A stretch of DNA of 59,818 nucleotides from Betaproteobacteria bacterium (GCA_039933715.1 JBDTNO010000001.1:1-59818), one strand, 5' to 3'. Shown: positions 17,700 through 28,085, counted from the stretch's first letter. The notes: a model not told the origin generated them from the sequence alone. A program made the numbers and translations.

Positions 17700-18529
17700 T
17701 GGCCGAGCGCAGCTACAGCCTCGAGTTCTTCCCGCCGCGCACGCCGGAAGGCGTGCAGAAGCTGCGCGCCGCACGACGCCAGCTCGTCCAGTTGAAGCCC
17801 GCGTTCTGCTCGGTGACGTTCGGCGCGGGCGGCTCGACGCGCGAGGGCACGCTCGAGACGGTCCTCGAGATCCGCGGCGAAGGCGTCGCCGCCGCGCCGC
17901 ACATCTCGTGCATCGGCTCGTCGCGCGAAAGCGTCGCTGCGGTGCTCGCGCAGTACCGCGCGCACGACATCCACCATCTCGTCGCGTTGCGGGGCGACCT
18001 TCCGTCCGGCAGCGTCGAGGCGGGCGCGTTCCGCTACGCGAGCGAGCTCGTCGCGTTCATCCGCGCGGAGACCGGCGACTGGTTCCACATCGACGTCGCC
18101 GCTTATCCCGAGATGCATCCGCAGGCGGACTCGCCCGGTGGCGACCTCGCGCACTTCAAGCGCAAGATCGACGCGGGCGCCGACTCGGCGATCACCCAGT
18201 ACTTCTTCAACGCCGACGCGTATTTCCGCTTCGTCGACGATTGCGACGCCGCCGGCGTGCGCGTGCCGATCGTGCCGGGCATCATGCCGATCGCGAGCGC
18301 CGCGAAGCTCGCGCGATTCTCCGACGCGTGCGGCGCGGAGATCCCGCGCTGGATCCGGCGGCGCCTCGAAGGCTACGGCGACGACGTCGCGTCGATCCGC
18401 GCGTTCGGCCTCGACGTGGTGACCGACCTTTGCGCGAAGCTCGTCTCGCGCGGCGCCCCGGGGCTCCACTTCTACACGCTGAACCAGGCGTCGCTCACGA
18501 CGACGATCTGGCAACGGCTCGGACTCTAG
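17699..18529 (+). CDS. metF: 5,10-methylenetetrahydrofolate reductase
   Basis: SLEFFPP, SVTFGAGGS, ALRGD, AYPE.HP, AITQYFF, LHFYTLN; TGATG overlap with upstream gene. Confidence 0.96.
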   Translation: MAERSYSLEFFPPRTPEGVQKLRAARRQLVQLKPAFCSVTFGAGGSTREGTLETVLEIRGEGVAAAPHISCIGSSRESVAAVLAQYRAHDIHHLVALRGDLPSGSVEAGAFRYASELVAFIRAETGDWFHIDVAAYPEMHPQADSPGGDLAHFKRKIDAGADSAITQYFFNADAYFRFVDDCDAAGVRVPIVPGIMPIASAAKLARFSDACGAEIPRWIRRRLEGYGDDVASIRAFGLDVVTDLCAKLVSRGAPGLHFYTLNQASLTTTIWQRLGL

Positions 18530-18691
18530 TGTGCTGAGTCAGAAGTTCGCTTGATCGTTCGCGGCGAAATCGGCCGCCAGGCCGCGTTGCTCGACCTCAC
18601 CGTACCCAGCGGTACGCTATCGGCCGAGCGCGTTGCCTGGCAGCCGATTTCATCCGCTCCTTGATCGTCGGAACTTCTGACTCAGCACACT
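18528..18691. mobile_element. 164-bp MITE-like palindromic element, copy 1
   Basis: Perfect 21-bp terminal inverted repeats AGTGTGCTGAGTCAGAAGTTC; nested internal complementarity; second copy at 19154. Confidence 0.8.
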
Positions 18692-18717
18692 TGGCCGCGT
18701 CAACCGCGGCGCCGACC

Positions 18718-19155
18718 GTGGCCAACGCCCCCGACTTCCTCGACTACCTGCGCGAGTTGATGCGCGCCGGCGGGGTCGCGGTCACGACGCGCGCGATGTT
18801 CGGCGGCCACGGTGTGTACGCGGACGGCCTTTTCTTCGGCATCGTGGACGACGACGTGCTCTATCTGCGCGTCGACGACGACAATCGTGCCGCGTTCGCG
18901 GCGATCGGCTGCACGCCGTTCGAGTTCGCGACCAGGGGCGGACGCCAGCAGGCGATGAGCTATCTGCGCGCGCCCGACGAGGCGCTCGAGCATCCCGACG
19001 CGATGGCGCAGTGGGCGCGCTCGTCGATCGGCGCCGCGTTGCGCGCGGCCGCGGCGAAGGAGCCGGGTGAGGCGAAGCGCCGGGGAAAGAATCGACCCCG
19101 GGGGCCCGAGTCGCGCGCCCCCGCGAATCGGCGACGGAAATCGAAGCCGCGTTAG
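18718..19155 (+). CDS. TfoX/Sxy N-terminal domain protein
   Basis: RAMFGGHGVY.DG..F, LYLRVD, PFEF, MSY motifs; GTG 18718 is the first start outside the repeat. Confidence 0.85.
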   Translation: MANAPDFLDYLRELMRAGGVAVTTRAMFGGHGVYADGLFFGIVDDDVLYLRVDDDNRAAFAAIGCTPFEFATRGGRQQAMSYLRAPDEALEHPDAMAQWARSSIGAALRAAAAKEPGEAKRRGKNRPRGPESRAPANRRRKSKPR

Positions 19156-19317
19156 GGTGCTGAGTCAGAAGTTCGCTTGATCGTTCGCGGCGAAATCGGC
19201 CGCCATGCCGCGTTGCTCGACCTCACCGTACCCCGCGGCACGCTATCGGCCGAGCGCCTTGCCTGGCAGCCGATTTCATCCGCTCCTTGATTGTCGGAAC
19301 CTCTGACTCAGCACACT
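19154..19317. mobile_element. 164-bp MITE-like palindromic element, copy 2
   Basis: Direct repeat of 18528..18691 with 7 substitutions by manual count; bounded by TA at both ends. Confidence 0.8.
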
Positions 19318-20050
19318 AACCGCGGCGAACCGACACCAGCTCGAGCGTGCCGTGCTGGCTGCGATACGTCGCGCGCGACATCGGATCGCCCTTGTCGTAG
19401 TACTGCGCTTCCTTTTCCTCGAGCACCGTGTTGCCCACCGCGGGCGCATACCAGAACAGGTAATTCGCCTCGGTGGCGGTGCGCCAGAATTCCTCGTCGT
19501 CGAGCCGCATCATGATGCGCAGGCCGATCGCGTCGAAGCTGCCGGCGGGCGTGGCGACCGTCTTCCAGCCGGCGACCTTCACGTAGTAGTTGATCGGGTC
19601 GTCGCGCCTGGTCGTCTCGTTGACCTGCTTTGCGAACAGACTCCAGCTGTCGCCTGGAGCCAGCGGATACTTCGACCGCGGGAGCGGAGGCGTGAATCGC
19701 CGCGTCTCGATGTCGAAGACGGCGCCGACCGCGAGGTCTCCCGGCAACGTCCAGCGCTCGACTCGCGTCGAGTCGACGCGGTTGCCTTTCCACGTCACGC
19801 GGATGTCGATAGCGCCGGGGGCGATCGCGACGACCTCGCGGGTTTCCTCCCAGACGAGCGGGTCGCGGAAGCCGTCGCGACCGCTGTAGACCCATCGGTC
19901 GCCGACCCTCAGCGTCGGCGCGGGCGCGGGCGGCCCGTCGCGGGTACCCGGTGCGCCCGCGCATGCGGCGAGGAACGGGACGAGGGGCGCCGCGGTTGCC
20001 GCGAGCAGCAGCCGGCGGCGCGAGGCGTTCGACAGGGCGGACGTGTTCAT
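19316..20050 (-). CDS. Tat-exported lipoprotein of unknown function
   Basis: GGAG RBS, SRRRLL twin-arginine motif, LAAC lipobox, VGDRWVY and V.TPAGSFDA beta-rich motifs. Confidence 0.8.
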   Translation of the reverse strand: MNTSALSNASRRRLLLAATAAPLVPFLAACAGAPGTRDGPPAPAPTLRVGDRWVYSGRDGFRDPLVWEETREVVAIAPGAIDIRVTWKGNRVDSTRVERWTLPGDLAVGAVFDIETRRFTPPLPRSKYPLAPGDSWSLFAKQVNETTRRDDPINYYVKVAGWKTVATPAGSFDAIGLRIMMRLDDEEFWRTATEANYLFWYAPAVGNTVLEEKEAQYYDKGDPMSRATYRSQHGTLELVSVRRG

Positions 20051-20214
20051 CGCGGGTCTCCTCTCGTGGCGAACATCGATCATAGCCGCGCCATTCCGGA
20101 GTTGCAGGCCGGCCGTAGTGAGGGGATGCTGCCGGCGTCCGTCCGTGGGGTCGAAAGGGAAGCCGCAGGACGGTCGGCCGATCGCTCGCGACGCTGCCCG
20201 GCGTGACCGGGGCG

Positions 20215-20700
20215 TCAGAGCGCGACGTCGGCGACGGTCGCGCCGCTCGCGCGAACGAGATCGGCGGGCGCGATCGGGAACAGCGCGTTCGGGGTTCCAC
20301 CGGCCGCGTAGACGACGTCGAACGGCAGCAGCGCACGATCGATGAACACCGGCATCGGCATCGCGTGCCCGAGCGGAGGAATGCCGCCGATCGCGTAGCC
20401 GGTCGCGTGCCGCACGAACGCCGCATCGGCGCGGCCGATTGGCTCGCCGAGGTGCGCGGCGACCTTGGCCTCGTCGACGCGGTTCGCGCCACTCGCGATC
20501 ACGAGCACCGCACCGTCGCCGTCACGGCCGCGCCGGAAGACGAGCGACTTCGCGATCTGCGCGACGTCGCAGCCGAGGAGCGCCGCCGCGTCGGCGGACG
20601 TGCGCGCGGTCTGCGCATGCTCGACGATGCGACAGTCGAGCCCGGCGGCGGCGAGCGCGTCCTGCACGCGTTGCGCGGAAGGCGAAAGGGCAACGCTCAT
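20215..20700 (-). CDS. YbaK/EbsC aminoacyl-tRNA deacylase family protein
   Basis: QIAKSLVF, SGANRVD, TGYAIGGIPPLGH, AAGGTP. Confidence 0.9.
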   Translation of the reverse strand: MSVALSPSAQRVQDALAAAGLDCRIVEHAQTARTSADAAALLGCDVAQIAKSLVFRRGRDGDGAVLVIASGANRVDEAKVAAHLGEPIGRADAAFVRHATGYAIGGIPPLGHAMPMPVFIDRALLPFDVVYAAGGTPNALFPIAPADLVRASGATVADVAL

Positions 20701-20760
20701 CGTGAGGTCGTGCGAATCAGCGGCGATTTCACGCACGCCGCGCGGCGCGGCCGAAGCCAT

Positions 20761-21357
20761 TCAGCGGTCCACGACCTCGAACTCGAAATCGTCGACCCAT
20801 ACGGTGCCCGCGCCTTCGAGCATGGCGCCGAGCTCGAGGCGCGTCGTCGCGGCTGGCACCGCGAGCTCGATCGTGTAGCGCGTCCAGTCGTTCGTGCCGT
20901 GGATGCGCGACCTCTTCATGAACTCGTGCGCGAGGAAGGAGCTTCCGCGCAGCGCCATCAGCACGAGCGCGGCGCCGCTGCCGCGGCTGTCGGGCACCGC
21001 CTCGGTGCGGATCCAAGCGGAAAGACGCACGGTCCGCCCCGCGTACGGCTGGCCTGCGAGCACCTGCGAGATCGTGCCGTACGGCTCGGGCCCGATCTTC
21101 TTGATGCGCAAGCTTTGCGTGCCGGACTTCTTCTGCCCGCTGTCGAGCGCGAAGTCGTACGACTCGGCGCCCGCATGCTGGATCGCGACCCACGCTTCCG
21201 GATTGCCGTCGACGCCCGGCTTCCTCGACTCGAAGCCCGGATTCACGAGCGGCACCGGAGCGGCGAGCGCGGGCCCTGGCGATGCCGAGGCGACGAGCGC
21301 GGCCGCGCAGGCGAGCGCGCGCAGCAGCGAAGCGCCGAATCGGCGCCTCGTCGCCAT
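20761..21357 (-). CDS. Exported protein with carbohydrate-binding-module-like (NPGFE jelly-roll) domain
   Basis: TRRRF Tat-like signal, LVNPGFE start, GTNDWTRY, GTVWVDDF end. Confidence 0.72.
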   Translation of the reverse strand: MATRRRFGASLLRALACAAALVASASPGPALAAPVPLVNPGFESRKPGVDGNPEAWVAIQHAGAESYDFALDSGQKKSGTQSLRIKKIGPEPYGTISQVLAGQPYAGRTVRLSAWIRTEAVPDSRGSGAALVLMALRGSSFLAHEFMKRSRIHGTNDWTRYTIELAVPAATTRLELGAMLEGAGTVWVDDFEFEVVDR

Positions 21358-21358
21358 C

Positions 21359-23038
21359 TCACTCCCCATCGGTGATCGCGCCGAGGCTCGCCGTCGAGAC
21401 GAGGCGCGTGTACTTGGCGAGGAGGCCGCGCGTGTAGCGCGGCGCTGGCGGCTTCCACGCCGCGCGACGGCGCGCGAGCTCCGCGTCGTCCACGTTGAGC
21501 TGGACCAGCAGCCGGTGCGCGTCGATCGTGATCGAGTCGCCCTCGTGCACGAGCGCGATCGTCCCGCCCGCCTGCGCTTCCGGCGCGACGTGACCGACGA
21601 CCATCCCCCAGGTGCCGCCGGAGAAGCGCCCGTCGGTGATGAGGCCGACCGATTCGCCGAGCCCCTGCCCGATCAGCGCCGAGGTGGGCGCGAGCATCTC
21701 CTGCATGCCCGGGCCGCCTTTCGGCCCCTCGTAGCGGATGACGACGACGTCTCCGGCGCGGATCTTCTTCGCCATGATCGCTTCCATGCACAGCGGCTCG
21801 GAATCGAACACGCGCGCCGGACCGGTCATCGACGGATTCTTGAGGCCGGTGATCTTGGCGACGCAGCCTTCGGGCGACAGGTTGCCGCGCAGGATCGCAA
21901 GGTGGCCCTCGGCGTACATCGGCTTCGCCCACGCGCGGATCACGTCCTGGCCGGCACGCGGCTGCGCGGGTACGCGCTCGAGCTCCGCCCCGATCGTGCG
22001 GCCGGTGATCGTCATGCAGTCGCCGTGCAGGACGCCGTGCTCGAGCAGCATGCGCAGCACCTGCGGCACGCCGCCCGCCGCGTGGAAGTCGGTCGCGACG
22101 TAACGGCCCGACGGCTTGAGATCGCACAGCACGGGCACGCGCCTGCGCACGCGCTCGAAGTCGTCGATCGACCATTCGACGCCAGCCGCCGAGGCGATCG
22201 CGAGGTAGTGCAGCACCGCGTTGGTCGATCCGCCGGTCGCCATCACCAGCGCGATCGCGTTCTCGATCGCGCGGCGCGTGATGATGTCGCGCGGCTTCAG
22301 GTCGCGGCGGATCGCCTCGACCAGCACGGTCGCGCTCTCGGCCGACGAGTCGGCCTTCTCGGCGTCGGGCGATGCCATTTGCGAGCTGCCCAGCAGCGAG
22401 ATGCCGAGCGCCTCGAACGAGCTCGACATCGTGTTCGCCGTGAACATGCCGCCGCACGCGCCGACCGACGGGCAGGCGTTGTGCTCGACGCCGTCGTAGT
22501 CGGCCTTGTCCATCTTGCCCGCCGCGAACGCTCCGACCGCCTCGAACGCCGAGACGATCGTGAGCGCCTGCCCCTTCCAGTGGCCCGGCCTGATCGTGCC
22601 CGCGTACACGTAGATGCCCGGGACGTTCATGCGCGCGAGCGCCATCGCGCCGGCGGGCATGTTCTTGTCGCAGCCGCCGACGATGAGCACGCCGTCCATG
22701 CACTGCCCGTTGACGCTGGTCTCGATCGCGTCGGCGATCACCTCGCGGGAGACGAGCGAGTACTTCATGCCCTCGGTGCCCATGCCGATCCCGTCGGTGA
22801 CGGTCGGTACGCCGAACACCTGCGGCATCGCGCCCGCGGCGCGCAGCGCGTCAATCGCGCGATCGACGAGCGGCTGGATGCCGGCGTTGCACGGATTCAT
22901 CGTCGAGTGCCCGTTCGCGACGCCGACGATCGGCTTGTCGAAGTCGTCGTCGCCGAATCCGACCGCGCGCAGCATCGCGCGGTTGGGCGAGCGGGCGACG
23001 CCGTGCGTGATGAGGCGGGAACGTCGGTTGAGCGCCAT
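21359..23038 (-). CDS. ilvD: Dihydroxy-acid dehydratase
   Basis: [56 protein letters not shown]. Confidence 0.97.
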   Translation of the reverse strand: MALNRRSRLITHGVARSPNRAMLRAVGFGDDDFDKPIVGVANGHSTMNPCNAGIQPLVDRAIDALRAAGAMPQVFGVPTVTDGIGMGTEGMKYSLVSREVIADAIETSVNGQCMDGVLIVGGCDKNMPAGAMALARMNVPGIYVYAGTIRPGHWKGQALTIVSAFEAVGAFAAGKMDKADYDGVEHNACPSVGACGGMFTANTMSSSFEALGISLLGSSQMASPDAEKADSSAESATVLVEAIRRDLKPRDIITRRAIENAIALVMATGGSTNAVLHYLAIASAAGVEWSIDDFERVRRRVPVLCDLKPSGRYVATDFHAAGGVPQVLRMLLEHGVLHGDCMTITGRTIGAELERVPAQPRAGQDVIRAWAKPMYAEGHLAILRGNLSPEGCVAKITGLKNPSMTGPARVFDSEPLCMEAIMAKKIRAGDVVVIRYEGPKGGPGMQEMLAPTSALIGQGLGESVGLITDGRFSGGTWGMVVGHVAPEAQAGGTIALVHEGDSITIDAHRLLVQLNVDDAELARRRAAWKPPAPRYTRGLLAKYTRLVSTASLGAITDGE

Positions 23039-23100
23039 GGCGTGGACTTTCGTTTCGGTGTGCGTGAAAAGCGCGGCCATTCTACGCCGCGAGGAATGCG

Positions 23101-24108
23101 TCAACCACGCGGCTCGCCCGCGACGGTCGCGGCGACGGCGAGCTCCGCATCCGCCGCCGCCGTCTCCGGCTTGAGGCACCCGAGGATCGCGCCGCCGGCG
23201 ACGAGCGCGAAGCCCGCGGCGTGGAACGCATGCAACGTCTCGCCGAGGAAGAGCGTCGCGAGCAGCGCCGCGAACACCGGGACCAGGTGCGTGAACAGTC
23301 CCGCCTGCACCGGGCCCACGCGCCGGATGCCGTAGGCGAACAGAAGCATCGCGACGAGCGTCGGCAGCACGCCGAGGTACAGAACGCCGGCCCATTCCGA
23401 CCTGGTGGGCATGACGACGCGATGCAGGAGCGCCTCGGCGACGAACGCCGGCACGACCATCGCGAGCCCGAGCAGCCCGCCCGCGAACATGAACGCTGGG
23501 AACGAGAGGCCGTCGTCGCGGCGCGCGAGCCGCACCGTGTAATAGGCCCACACGCCCATGCCGACGAGGATCACGAGGTCGTGCCCGTTCACCGACAGCG
23601 ACGCGATCGTCGACCACTGGCCGCGCGCGACGATGATCGCGACGCCCGCGAGCGACAGTGCGAGTCCCGCCGACTCGAGCGGCTGCGGCCGGCGATGGTG
23701 CAGGAGCGCCGCGATCGCCACGATCAACACGGGGATCGCCGAATTGAGGAGGCCGAGGTTGATCGCGGAGGTGCCGACCAGTCCCAGGTAGACGAGATAC
23801 GTCTGCGGCGCGAACCCGACCGCCGCGAACACCGCGAGCGAGCGCTTGTCGTGCGCGAGCGCGTGCGCGATCGCCGCGCGCTCGCGCCACACGAACGGGA
23901 CGAGCGCGGCGAGCACCACGACCCAGCGAAGCACGGCGAGCCATGCCGGCGCCAACGTGTCGAGGAGCCCGCGCGCGGTGACCGCGCTGCTCGCCCACAG
24001 CGCGGCGGTCAGGACGAGCGCGCCCCAGGCGAGGGTGCGGGACGACGGTACGGGCACGGGCAATGGGCGGGTCGGGCGGAGCGGCGCAGTGTGACGGGAT
24101 CGACTCAT
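23101..24108 (-). CDS. DMT/EamA family transporter
   Basis: About 10 hydrophobic segments, [14 protein letters not shown]; divergent from LysR. Confidence 0.88.
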   Translation of the reverse strand: MSRSRHTAPLRPTRPLPVPVPSSRTLAWGALVLTAALWASSAVTARGLLDTLAPAWLAVLRWVVVLAALVPFVWRERAAIAHALAHDKRSLAVFAAVGFAPQTYLVYLGLVGTSAINLGLLNSAIPVLIVAIAALLHHRRPQPLESAGLALSLAGVAIIVARGQWSTIASLSVNGHDLVILVGMGVWAYYTVRLARRDDGLSFPAFMFAGGLLGLAMVVPAFVAEALLHRVVMPTRSEWAGVLYLGVLPTLVAMLLFAYGIRRVGPVQAGLFTHLVPVFAALLATLFLGETLHAFHAAGFALVAGGAILGCLKPETAAADAELAVAATVAGEPRG

Positions 24109-24137
24109 ACCGTCCAATACAGTTTGAGGTAAAATCC

Positions 24138-24152
24138 ATACTGGGTAGGTAT
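24138..24152. promoter_or_regulatory. LysR T-N11-A recognition site
   Basis: ATAC-N7-GTAT between the divergent DMT and LysR genes; a weaker ATAC site lies 21 bp away at 24117. Confidence 0.7.
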
Positions 24153-24178
24153 CACGACGGGCGCGAGGCCGTGGACGC

Positions 24179-25069
24179 ATGGAGCTTCGACATCTCCGCT
24201 ACTTCATCGCCGTCGGCGACGCCCTCAACTTCGGGCGCGCCGCGCTCGCGCTGCACATCGCGCAGCCCCCGCTGTCGCGGGCGATCCGCGCGCTCGAGGA
24301 CGAGCTCGGCACGCCGCTGTTCGATCGCGGAGCGCGCGGCGTCACGCTCACCGGGGCCGGCGCGGCGCTGCTTCCCGAAGCGCGCCGCCTGTTGCGCGAT
24401 GCCGAAGCGTTCCGCCAGGGCGCACGGCAATACGCTGCGGGCGAGGCGGGAACGCTCGCGATCGGATTCGTCAGCACGGCCGCGTACAACGTGCTGCCGC
24501 GCATCGTGCCGGCGTTTCGCGCGCAGCGGCCCGGCGTGCGTCTCGCGTTGCGCGAGGCGACGTCCGACGTGCAGGCGCCGGCGCTCGTCTCCGGCGAGAT
24601 CGACGTCGGCTTCCTCATTCCCGGTCCCGCGAATCCCGTGCTCTCCTACCTGCCGCTGCATCGCGAGTCGATGATCGCCGCGCTGCCCGCGCGCCGTCGC
24701 TGGCCCGCGCGCGTGCCGGTGCGCTCGCTGGCGAGCGAGCCTTTCATCCTGTTCCCGCGCGACGTCGCGCCCGAGTTGCACGACGCGATCGTCGCGCTGT
24801 GCCGTCGCGCGGGGTTCGTGCCGCGCATCGGACAGGAGGCGATCCAGATGCAGACGATCGTGAGCCTCGTGGCCGGCGGGATGGGCGTTTCGCTGGTCCC
24901 CGCCTCGCTCGAGCACATGCGGCGCGACGGTGTGGTATACCGCCGGCTGGCGGAGCGGAGCCCGAGCGTGGAGATCGGGCTCGCGTGGCGCGCCTCCGAC
25001 GGCTCGCCGCTCACGCGCGCGTTCGTCGCGGAGGCGCGGGCCGCATCGACGCTGGGCCCATCCCGATGA
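24179..25069 (+). CDS. LysR-family transcriptional regulator
   Basis: [30 protein letters not shown]; [12 protein letters not shown]. Confidence 0.95.
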   Translation: MELRHLRYFIAVGDALNFGRAALALHIAQPPLSRAIRALEDELGTPLFDRGARGVTLTGAGAALLPEARRLLRDAEAFRQGARQYAAGEAGTLAIGFVSTAAYNVLPRIVPAFRAQRPGVRLALREATSDVQAPALVSGEIDVGFLIPGPANPVLSYLPLHRESMIAALPARRRWPARVPVRSLASEPFILFPRDVAPELHDAIVALCRRAGFVPRIGQEAIQMQTIVSLVAGGMGVSLVPASLEHMRRDGVVYRRLAERSPSVEIGLAWRASDGSPLTRAFVAEARAASTLGPSR

Positions 25070-25884
25070 CGCTCGTCCACCCCCAATTCGACCCGATCGC
25101 GCTGCAGCTCGGCCCGCTGGCGATCCGCTGGTACGGGCTCATGTACGTGGTCGCCTTCGTGCTGGTGATCGTGCTCGGCCGCATCCGCGCGCGTCGCAAC
25201 ATGCTGACCGGATGGCGTGCACACGATGTAGACGACATGCTCTTCTATGGCGTGTTCGGCGTGATCCTCGGCGGGCGTCTCGGCTACGTGCTGTTCTACA
25301 AGCCGCTCTACTTCCTCGAGCATCCGCTCGAGATCGCCGCGGTGTGGCAGGGCGGCATGAGCTTCCACGGCGGCATGCTCGGCGTTCTGATCGCGCTGTG
25401 GTTCTACGCGCGGAAGCGCAACAAGCGCTGGCTCGACGTCACCGACTTCGTCGCGCCGCTCGTGCCGCTCGGGCTCGCGGCCGGGCGACTCGGCAACTTC
25501 ATCAACGGCGAGCTATGGGGACGTCCGACCGGCTCCGACTGGGGGATGGTGTTCCCGCAGGTCGACTCGCTCGCGCGCCACCCGTCGCAGCTCTACCAGT
25601 TCGCGCTCGAGGGGCTGCTGCTGTTCGTGATCCTGTGGTCGTTCGCGAATCGTCCGCGGCCGATGGGCGCGGTGTCGGGATTGTTCCTGCTGGGCTACGG
25701 CACGATGCGCTTCATCGCCGAGTACGCGCGCGAGCCCGACGCGTTCCTCGGCCTCCTCGCTTACGGGCTCTCGATGGGTCAGTGGCTGTCGATCCCGATG
25801 ATCGTCGCCGGGCTCGCGATGATGCTGTGGGCGTACGCGCGCGCCGGGAAGCAGCATCCGACGATCATGGACCGGATGAAGTGA
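25066..25884 (+). CDS. lgt: Prolipoprotein diacylglyceryl transferase
   Basis: [43 protein letters not shown]. Confidence 0.97.
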   Translation: MTLVHPQFDPIALQLGPLAIRWYGLMYVVAFVLVIVLGRIRARRNMLTGWRAHDVDDMLFYGVFGVILGGRLGYVLFYKPLYFLEHPLEIAAVWQGGMSFHGGMLGVLIALWFYARKRNKRWLDVTDFVAPLVPLGLAAGRLGNFINGELWGRPTGSDWGMVFPQVDSLARHPSQLYQFALEGLLLFVILWSFANRPRPMGAVSGLFLLGYGTMRFIAEYAREPDAFLGLLAYGLSMGQWLSIPMIVAGLAMMLWAYARAGKQHPTIMDRMK

Positions 25885-26041
25885 GGTCGCGCTCCGGATG
25901 CGCGTTGGACCCGCGCCGTCGACGCCGGTCGATTTCCGTTCGCGATTCCCCAATGCCCGATTTCGCCGGCGCGATCGTCGAGGCGGTCAACGCGTGCGCG
26001 CGTTTCCCGAATACCTCACGCCGTCGCGCGAGCCGTCCTTT

Positions 26042-26437
26042 CTACTCGACGCGCCCGTAGTCCCCGTCGATCGAACCGCCCGCGCGCATCGCCGGCGCGG
26101 GCTCGGGGCGCAACCCGCGCCCGATGTTGATCGGCAAGAGGAGCAACCCGAGCCCGAAGAGATCGCTGACGACGCCTGGCAGGATGAACAGGAAGCCCGC
26201 GAGCACCTTGCGCCCGCTGTCGAGCATGCCGCGCAGGATCGACGCCTCGCCATGCATCGCGGCGACCGTGCGGGCGCGGAACGCGAGGCGCTCGGTGCGC
26301 AGCAGCGCCGCCCCGGCGATGAGACCGCCCGCGAGCCAGATCCACATCGGGATGCCGGTCCAGCGGGCGAAGCGAAGCGTCGCGACGAGGTCGAGGACCG
26401 GGAAAGAAAGTACAATCGCCATGGCGAGAAAACGCAT
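26042..26437 (-). CDS. fxsA: FxsA family membrane protein
   Basis: AGFLFILPGVVSDLFGL.LLLP, IDGDY.R end; divergent from cutA. Confidence 0.78.
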   Translation of the reverse strand: MRFLAMAIVLSFPVLDLVATLRFARWTGIPMWIWLAGGLIAGAALLRTERLAFRARTVAAMHGEASILRGMLDSGRKVLAGFLFILPGVVSDLFGLGLLLLPINIGRGLRPEPAPAMRAGGSIDGDYGRVE

Positions 26438-26774
26438 GGAAGGCTCCTTGCCGGCCGCGGCGATCCTGGTGCTGACGAGCCTGCCCGACGTCGATGCCGC
26501 GCGCCGCATGGCCCGCGAACTCGTCGAAGCGCGACTCGCCGCCTGCGTGCAGATCGGCGCGCCTGTCGAGTCACTCTATCACTGGCGGGGCCGCGTCGAA
26601 ACCGCGAGCGAGATCCCGCTGGCGATCAAGACGCGGGCAGATGCCTTCCCGGCGCTCGAGCATGCAATCCGCGAGCGCCATCCCTACGAACTTCCGGAGA
26701 TCGTCGCGGTCTCGATTACCGATGCGCTGTTCCCCTACCTTCAATGGATCGACGCCGAGACGCGCCCGGAATGA
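26436..26774 (+). CDS. cutA: Divalent-cation tolerance protein CutA
   Basis: LVEARLAACV, SLYHW.G, HPYELPEI. Confidence 0.92.
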   Translation: MEGSLPAAAILVLTSLPDVDAARRMARELVEARLAACVQIGAPVESLYHWRGRVETASEIPLAIKTRADAFPALEHAIRERHPYELPEIVAVSITDALFPYLQWIDAETRPE

Positions 26775-27270
26775 CCGGCGCGGCGGGGCGGCGCGCTTCG
26801 CGGCCGCGGCATGGCTCGCGTGGGCCGGGGCCGCCGGAGCCGCGGGACCGGCGCTGCTGCCCGCCGAGCAGGCGTTCCGGCTGTCCGCGCGCGCGCTGGA
26901 TCCGCAGACGCTCGAGGTCCGCTTCAACGTGGCCGACGGCTACTACCTGTACCGCGACAAGCTTCGTTTCGGAGTCGAGCCGGCGACCGTGAAGGCTGGA
27001 GCACCCGTGCTGCCGCCGGGCAAGCTCCACGAGGACGAGTTTTTCGGCAAGGTGACGACCTACCGCGGGCTGGCGGTGATCCGGCTGGGAATCGCATCCG
27101 CCCGCGCGGGGCAGCAGGTCACGCTGGTGGTCGATTCGCAGGGTTGCGCGGATGCGGGAGTCTGCTATCCGCCGCAGCTCCAGAAGGTCGCGTTGACGCT
27201 TCCCGCGGCGGGCGCCGGCGCGACGCCGGCCGTCGAAGCCGCCACGGCGAAAAAGCCCTACTTCCCATGA
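26722..27270 (+). CDS. Stand-alone DsbD N-terminal domain protein (start uncertain)
   Basis: LLPAEQAF, ADGYYLYR, DEFFG, QGCADAGVCYPP; stops before any DsbD membrane domain. Confidence 0.8.
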   Translation: MRCSPTFNGSTPRRARNDRRGGAARFAAAAWLAWAGAAGAAGPALLPAEQAFRLSARALDPQTLEVRFNVADGYYLYRDKLRFGVEPATVKAGAPVLPPGKLHEDEFFGKVTTYRGLAVIRLGIASARAGQQVTLVVDSQGCADAGVCYPPQLQKVALTLPAAGAGATPAVEAATAKKPYFP

Positions 27271-27312
27271 CAAGGGGATGCAAGTGCCCACTCTCGTGCG
27301 GCACCTGATCGC

Positions 27313-27849
27313 ATGATCGTCTCGCGCCACGCCTGGTGGATCGGCGCCGTCGCCGTCGCCGTCGTTGCACTGGCCTTGGGCATCTGGTTCGGGCAACCAG
27401 GACCGGTCGACCCGTCGCCCGTGGCCCAGCCCGCGACCGCCATTCTCGGCGTCACGCTTCCCGATCCAGAAGGACAGGACCAGGCGCTCGCCCAATGGAA
27501 GGGCAAGGTGCTGGTCGTGAATTTCTGGGCGACCTGGTGCGCGCCCTGCCGCGAAGAGATGCCGATGTTCGTGCGGCTGCAAAGCGCCCACGGCGCGAAA
27601 GGCGTTCAATTTGTCGGCATCGCCGTCGATAACGTTGACAAGGTCCGTCAATTCGCAAGCGACCTCAAGCTCAATTACCCGACGCTGATCGGCGGCTACG
27701 GCGCCATGGAACTTTCGAAATCGCTCGGCAACACGATCATGGCGCTCCCGTTCACCGTCATCGTCGATCGCAACGGCCGCGTGGCGCACACGCAGCTCGG
27801 ACCGCTGAAGGAAGACCAGTTGAACGCGATTCTGGGGAATTTGTCTTGA
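27313..27849 (+). CDS. TlpA-like thiol:disulfide oxidoreductase
   Basis: N-terminal TM, VNFWATWCAPCREEMP, ALPFT. Confidence 0.92.
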   Translation: MIVSRHAWWIGAVAVAVVALALGIWFGQPGPVDPSPVAQPATAILGVTLPDPEGQDQALAQWKGKVLVVNFWATWCAPCREEMPMFVRLQSAHGAKGVQFVGIAVDNVDKVRQFASDLKLNYPTLIGGYGAMELSKSLGNTIMALPFTVIVDRNGRVAHTQLGPLKEDQLNAILGNLS

Positions 27850-28085
27850 GCGTCCACTAACGTTCTCCCTTCGCCTTCTAAAATAGCTCGATTCGGCCAG
27901 ACGGGCGCGGACGAGCCGATCCGGGCTCCCGGGTTCGTCGCACCTCGATCCGGAACGACCGAACCGCTGCCACGCCGGGCCCGCGGATAGGGATTACCCG
28001 CATGTAACGTGTGGCGAATGCTGGACAACTCGCGCTCATCCGCTGCAAACTTGCCGGCTTTGATCCTCCGGATCACCGACAACCG

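Noticed and set aside
18661-18717. TTG start at 18661 for the tfoX ORF
   Set aside because: Falls inside the repeat element; GTG 18718 gives a normal TfoX N-terminus
27850-28085. Possible small RNA or promoter in the AT-richer tlpA-aroQ gap
   Set aside because: Only a weak TGGACA-N18-CAAACT match and no convincing structure
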